DNA from: Escherichia coli
GTDB taxonomy: Bacteria > Pseudomonadota > Gammaproteobacteria > Enterobacterales > Enterobacteriaceae
Assembly (NCBI RefSeq): GCF_030013595.1
Contig: NZ_CP122768.1
Direction: 5' to 3' (one strand)
DNA: 64,000 nucleotides
Positions within the stretch are counted from its first letter, which is position 1, and every line of letters begins with the position of its first letter. The translations under genes were made by a program, and so were the position numbers. The notes beneath the pieces were generated by a model that worked only from the letters and a program-made list of their open reading frames with translations, searched no databases and was not told the origin of the DNA. Of this stretch, positions 59,212 to 64,000 are shown one piece after another.

Positions 59212-59240
59212 AAAAAAACCCGCTGATTAAGCGGGTTTTG
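59212..59240. terminator. Bidirectional terminator between crcB and cspE
   Basis: AAAACCCGCT-GATTA-AGCGGGTTTT hairpin. Confidence 0.75.
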
Positions 59241-59258
59241 AATTCTTGCTGACGTATC

Positions 59259-59468
59259 TTACAGAGCGATTACGTTTGCAGCAGAAGGGCCTTTGGCACC
59301 GTTAGTGATTTCGAACTCTACGCGCTGACCTTCAGCAAGAGTTTTAAAACCATTAGTCTGGATTGCAGAGAAGTGTACGAACACGTCTTTGCTGCCGTCT
59401 TCCGGAGTAATGAAACCGAATCCTTTGGACTCATTAAACCACTTAACGTTACCTTTAATCTTAGACAT
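59259..59468 (-). CDS. cspE: Cold-shock-like protein CspE (69 aa)
   Basis: ORF track 59259..59552; start at [20 protein letters not shown] (RNP1 motif). Confidence 0.95.
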
Positions 59469-59642
59469 CAAAATTACCTTTACATGAAAAATAGACACAA
59501 ATGCTGTGTCGGTTACCAGTACACCAATTGTGGTACGCTTTGTCCAGTGCAACTTTACTAAAAAGTGATAAAAGTCGCGTTATTTTTGATGTTAATTATT
59601 TTACTCATTGATTTTAAAGAGTTTACTAAAATTTCATTTGTC

Positions 59643-60203
59643 TCAAAACTGAAAGCTCATCCAGGCAAAGTACACATTGCCATTGTTATAGGTACCCGGA
59701 ATGTAGGTCATCTGAAAAGTCACTGGACCATAACCCACAGAGGCCAATGGCAGTAGAACCGGGAGAGGGATGTAATTCCAGTTATCGCGTGCCGTTACGC
59801 CAGCGGTGAATCCCAGACCTAAATGAAAATTTTCATCCGCCAGCGGTCGCCAGGTACTTTCCCATCCGTATCCGGCAATCGGTTCCCATTTGTTCCACGA
59901 GTCCTTAAATGCCATGGCATACAGGCCATGCCAGTTTCCTTTTTCATCCCAACGCGACAGGCCAAAACCGCCACCCCACGGTCGCTCGTTATAGCGATCG
60001 GTTTTTTCTTTGTCGTAAGCGAAACGAGCATGCCAGGTGATGGCAGGAATATATAAATCATAATGTTCTGGCTGTTGCCAGGTTTGTGTAATATTTTCTC
60101 CAAACGTTGTCATCCACTCATCTGCGTTAGCAAAAACTTTACCAACGCTGATTAACTGAATAAAAACAAAGGAAAAGATAGCGACATATTTACTCACGTT
60201 CAT
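59643..60203 (-). CDS. pagP: Lipid A palmitoyltransferase PagP (186 aa)
   Basis: ORF track 59643..60227; start at [16 protein letters not shown]; outer-membrane beta-barrel. Confidence 0.93.
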   Translation of the reverse strand: MNVSKYVAIFSFVFIQLISVGKVFANADEWMTTFGENITQTWQQPEHYDLYIPAITWHARFAYDKEKTDRYNERPWGGGFGLSRWDEKGNWHGLYAMAFKDSWNKWEPIAGYGWESTWRPLADENFHLGLGFTAGVTARDNWNYIPLPVLLPLASVGYGPVTFQMTYIPGTYNNGNVYFAWMSFQF

Positions 60204-60685
60204 TTGTGACCATAAAACATTTATCAAAAATCTACTACTAGCATAGCAAAGCTACAATTAACATAACCTTAATAGCCCCAACATAAAGAACAATCTGAAT
60301 AGCTGCTCTATTTATTTCCGCTTGTTTAAGTTAAATATTTCCGCGCATCGATTAAAGATGATGTATCGTTTTCTGCGATGGGAATAGTCATAAAAAAACC
60401 AAGTCTTTTTTGATGACAAAATACAACCAAGAAAAAATTACTTTATTTTTTAATAGGATACAAAAAACCTCTTAACGAAGAATATATTATATATCGTCAA
60501 CCTATGCTCATGTTAGATTATTTTTTGAGCGCACAGCCGCAGCTAACACCATTGCAATTAACAAATTTGCATCAATCCACCATCAATTTACACACATTAT
60601 TATGTGATAATTGCCAACCGCTAAATATGCGTTTTGTTATCTATGTATAAAAACAGCAAATTCAATGTCTTAATGGCAGTTTTTC

Positions 60686-60699
60686 TTGATTTTAATCAG
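60686..60699. promoter_or_regulatory. Candidate FNR site (TTGAT-TTTA-ATCAG) upstream of dcuC
   Basis: 9 of 10 match to TTGAT-N4-ATCAA, about 90 bp upstream of the dcuC ATG. Confidence 0.45.
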
Positions 60700-60788
60700 C
60701 ATTCATCGCCAATTTATTGGGCATATTTTTTCCTTAAGCTTTAGGAATTTTTTATTATTTACTTTGGGGCCTGGAGACAGGAAAAATT

Positions 60789-62174
60789 ATGCAGACATTC
60801 ATTGAACTCCTTATTGGGGTTGTGGTTATTGTGGGTGTAGCTCGCTACATCATTAAAGGGTATTCCGCCACTGGCGTGTTATTTGTCGGTGGCCTGTTAT
60901 TGCTGATTATCAGTGCCATTATGGGGCACAAAGTGTTACCGTCCAGCCAGGCTTCAACAGGCTACAGCGCCACGGATATCGTTGAATACGTTAAAATATT
61001 GCTAATGAGCCGCGGCGGCGACCTCGGCATGATGATTATGATGCTGTGTGGCTTTGCCGCTTACATGACCCATATCGGCGCTAATGATATGGTGGTCAAG
61101 CTGGCGTCAAAACCATTGCAGTATATTAACTCCCCTTACTTGCTGATGATTGCCGCCTATTTTGTCGCCTGTCTGATGTCTCTGGCCGTCTCTTCCGCGA
61201 CCGGTCTGGGTGTTTTGCTGATGGCAACCCTGTTTCCGGTGATGGTAAACGTTGGTATCAGCCGTGGTGCAGCTGCTGCTATTTGTGCCTCCCCGGCGGC
61301 GATTATTCTCGCACCGACTTCAGGGGATGTGGTGCTGGCGGCGCAGGCTTCCGAAATGTCGCTGATTGACTTCGCCTTCAAAACAACGCTGCCTATCTCA
61401 ATTGCTGCAATTATCGGCATGGCAATCGCCCACTTCTTCTGGCAACGTTATCTGGATAAAAAAGAACACATCTCTCATGAAATGTTAGATGTCAGTGAAA
61501 TCACCACCACTGCCCCTGCGTTTTATGCCATTTTGCCGTTCACGCCGATCATCGGAGTGCTGATTTTTGACGGCAAATGGGGTCCGCAATTACACATCAT
61601 CACTATTCTGGTGATTTGTATGCTGATTGCCTCCATTCTGGAGTTCATCCGCAGCTTTAATACCCAGAAAGTTTTCTCTGGTCTGGAAGTGGCTTATCGC
61701 GGGATGGCAGATGCATTTGCAAACGTGGTGATGCTGCTGGTTGCCGCTGGGGTATTCGCTCAGGGGCTTAGCACCATCGGCTTTATTCAAAGTCTGATTT
61801 CTATCGCTACCTCGTTTGGTTCGGCGAGCATCATCCTGATGCTGGTATTGGTGATCCTGACAATGCTGGCGGCAGTCACGACCGGTTCAGGCAATGCGCC
61901 GTTTTATGCGTTTGTTGAGATGATCCCGAAACTGGCGCACTCTTCCGGCATTAACCCGGCGTATTTGACTATCCCAATGCTGCAGGCGTCAAACCTCGGC
62001 CGTACCCTGTCACCCGTTTCTGGCGTAGTCGTTGCGGTTGCCGGGATGGCGAAAATCTCACCATTTGAAGTCGTAAAACGCACCTCGGTGCCGGTGCTTG
62101 TTGGGCTGGTGATTGTTATCGTTGCTACAGAGCTGATGGTGCCAGGAACGGCAGCCGCGGTCACAGGCAAGTAA
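60789..62174 (+). CDS. dcuC: Anaerobic C4-dicarboxylate transporter DcuC (461 aa)
   Basis: ORF 60789..62174; polytopic membrane protein. Confidence 0.93.
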   Translation: MQTFIELLIGVVVIVGVARYIIKGYSATGVLFVGGLLLLIISAIMGHKVLPSSQASTGYSATDIVEYVKILLMSRGGDLGMMIMMLCGFAAYMTHIGANDMVVKLASKPLQYINSPYLLMIAAYFVACLMSLAVSSATGLGVLLMATLFPVMVNVGISRGAAAAICASPAAIILAPTSGDVVLAAQASEMSLIDFAFKTTLPISIAAIIGMAIAHFFWQRYLDKKEHISHEMLDVSEITTTAPAFYAILPFTPIIGVLIFDGKWGPQLHIITILVICMLIASILEFIRSFNTQKVFSGLEVAYRGMADAFANVVMLLVAAGVFAQGLSTIGFIQSLISIATSFGSASIILMLVLVILTMLAAVTTGSGNAPFYAFVEMIPKLAHSSGINPAYLTIPMLQASNLGRTLSPVSGVVVAVAGMAKISPFEVVKRTSVPVLVGLVIVIVATELMVPGTAAAVTGK

Positions 62175-62214
62175 ATAGTCATGCCGGAGGCAAGTTTCCT
62201 CCGGCTTTATCATG

Positions 62215-62895
62215 TCACCCACTGTGGTATATGCGTTGCGGTCTGCCAACTTTGCCGTGAACAATTTCAGCAATAATCAGATGGCGGCTGGCGCAATATT
62301 CAAGATAACGTCTGGCAGTGGTGCGGCTGATAGTCAGTGCCTGCGCCACCGTTTCTGCCGTATGTTGCACACCAGGCTCTTTAAACAGTTTTCGCACTGC
62401 GTTTAGCGTCAAGGGGTCAATGCCGGTCGGCAGTTCGTCTTTGGGTTCACCGCGAGCATAGGCATTAAACATCTCATCAATTTGCTTCTGGCTGGCGCTA
62501 TCAATACTTTCCAGCATATGTTTACGCTGGCGGAAACGGGTTAGCGTTTGCCCCAGCCGTTCATAGGCAATTGGCTTAATGAGATAATCAAATACACCAC
62601 AACGTACGGCTTCAGACACCGTTTCCATATCACTGGCTGCAGTGGTAAACACCACGTCGCCGGGATAATGCGCCTGCACCAGTTCATGCAGTAAATTAAT
62701 CCCTCTACCGTCAGGAAGATAGTTATCAAGCAAGATTAGCCCCGGCTTAAAACGCTCGATCATCATTCGGGCCTGCGCCAGGTTTCCCGCCAGTAATATC
62801 TGACTGAATCCGGGAATGTGACGAATATATTCCGCATGCATCTCTGCCAGCGGCGTTTCGTCCTCAACGATCAATAGGGTTAATGGAGCTGTCAT
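62215..62895 (-). CDS. dpiA: Response regulator DpiA (CitB), 226 aa
   Basis: Receiver domain (LLIVEDE...ILLDNYLPDG) plus C-terminal HTH. Confidence 0.93.
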   Translation of the reverse strand: MTAPLTLLIVEDETPLAEMHAEYIRHIPGFSQILLAGNLAQARMMIERFKPGLILLDNYLPDGRGINLLHELVQAHYPGDVVFTTAASDMETVSEAVRCGVFDYLIKPIAYERLGQTLTRFRQRKHMLESIDSASQKQIDEMFNAYARGEPKDELPTGIDPLTLNAVRKLFKEPGVQHTAETVAQALTISRTTARRYLEYCASRHLIIAEIVHGKVGRPQRIYHSG

Positions 62896-64000
62896 TAGGT
62901 TTCACTTTCGGAATATAGATTGAAAATAAGGTACCGCAGGGATCATTATCTTCGAGAGTGATAACACCACCGCAGCGCGTTACGTAACTGGCAATCAAGT
63001 ACAACCCAATGCCATGTTCGCCGGGCTCGTCAGCACGCGTACTGACACCCTGCTCAAATATTTTGTCTCGTAGAGACTCTGGAACGCCGCAGCCCTGATC
63101 GGCGACTTCAATCACCACATCATCGCCTTCATCGCTGAGGAATAATTCAACGATCTTGTTTCCTTCATCGCTACGCAGGCTGGCTTCGAAGGCGTTATCA
63201 AGTAAATTGCCAACAATGGCTGCAAACTCGGTGCTGTCCAGTCCTGGCGGCAGTTGCGAAAGCTGACTTCCGGGGACGATGACCATTTTTAGCCCCAGTT
63301 CGCGGGCGCGCTGCACTTTACCAAAAAGCAGCCCCGCCACCTGGCGATCGGCAAACGCCTCGCGCAGGCTATCAATAAGCTGTTGCTGGGCCTGAGACTC
63401 CCCCTGCACCATCGCCAACACGCGATCATACTCTTTCATCTGCAACAGACCATTGAGCGTCGACATCCAATTGAGATGCTCGTGTCGCAATGTGCGCAGG
63501 CTCTCGACGTATTGTTTAATTTGCGTCAGTTGCGCATTGAGGGTGGATATTTCGTCTTTACTACGAAAGCTGATAATGGCCCCCAGCAAATCATCACCTG
63601 AACGAATAGCTTCCCGGTTGGCAATAACGCTCAGACCGTTAAAGTTCGCCACCACATCCTGACGTTTTTCATCAATCTGTTCGGTAAAGAAATCGGCGGG
63701 CCTGACCACTTCAGCAATGGGTTTACCCAACCATTGCCGTCCGGGGGAACTCAGACCCAGCATCTTTCTTGCGTTACGATTGATGGCGGTAATGTAACCA
63801 TGAGGATCCACCGCAATGAGCCCTTCATAAACCGAACTAAACAGCGCCTCTTGCTGACGGACCACGCGTGCGATTTGCTTTGGCTCCATGCCCATCATCT
63901 GCCGACGGATATGCGCGGCCAGGAACCACGATAGCAACATCAGAATCCCTAACAGCACGACAAACACGCCAGCCATCGGTAATAAAAACTCAGCCCGCCA
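62864..64000 (-). CDS. dpiB: Sensor histidine kinase DpiB (CitA), 5' end beyond the window
   Basis: Reading frame enters from the window edge; PAS region, H-box, HATPase_c motifs (DNAFEAS; GHGIGLYL); overlaps dpiA start. Confidence 0.9.
   Translation of the reverse strand, partial: WRAEFLLPMAGVFVVLLGILMLLSWFLAAHIRRQMMGMEPKQIARVVRQQEALFSSVYEGLIAVDPHGYITAINRNARKMLGLSSPGRQWLGKPIAEVVRPADFFTEQIDEKRQDVVANFNGLSVIANREAIRSGDDLLGAIISFRSKDEISTLNAQLTQIKQYVESLRTLRHEHLNWMSTLNGLLQMKEYDRVLAMVQGESQAQQQLIDSLREAFADRQVAGLLFGKVQRARELGLKMVIVPGSQLSQLPPGLDSTEFAAIVGNLLDNAFEASLRSDEGNKIVELFLSDEGDDVVIEVADQGCGVPESLRDKIFEQGVSTRADEPGEHGIGLYLIASYVTRCGGVITLEDNDPCGTLFSIYIPKVKPNDSSINPIDR

Overview
This window is an Escherichia coli K-12-like chromosomal core segment, collinear in inverted orientation with the K-12 kdp-to-dpiB interval, and I do not see an undescribed multi-gene system in it. 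Gene order: kdpB(partial)-kdpC-kdpD-kdpE, speFL-speF-potE, pgm, seqA, ybfF, ybfE, fldA, uof-fur, chiQ-chiP, glnS, nagE / nagBACD, asnB, a seven-gene tRNA operon (metT-leuW-glnU-glnW-metU-glnV-glnX), ubiF, miaB-ybeZ-ybeY-corC-lnt, gltIJKL with sroC, rihA, ybeL, leuS-lptE-holA-nadD-cobC, rsfS-rlmH-mrdA-mrdB-rlpA, dacA, ybeD, lipB, ybeF, lipA, tatE, ybeM, crcB, cspE, pagP, dcuC, dpiA-dpiB(partial). Nearly all of it is ordinary housekeeping DNA. Two strain-specific features stand out. (1) A complete 1057-bp IS903-type insertion sequence (perfect 18-bp terminal inverted repeats, flanked by a perfect 9-bp direct repeat TCGCCGTAA) interrupts the chitoporin gene chiP. (2) The last Gln-tRNA gene of the operon (glnX position) has anticodon CUA instead of CUG, i.e. 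a supE44-type amber suppressor. Smaller points: the 34-codon speFL leader ORF upstream of speF, a sigma54-type -24/-12 element upstream of gltI, and an uninterrupted ybeM-like C-N hydrolase ORF. No CRISPR array or prophage was found. All gene identities and gene-length comparisons rest on recall of K-12 protein sequences and on motifs read in the translations; no database search was run.
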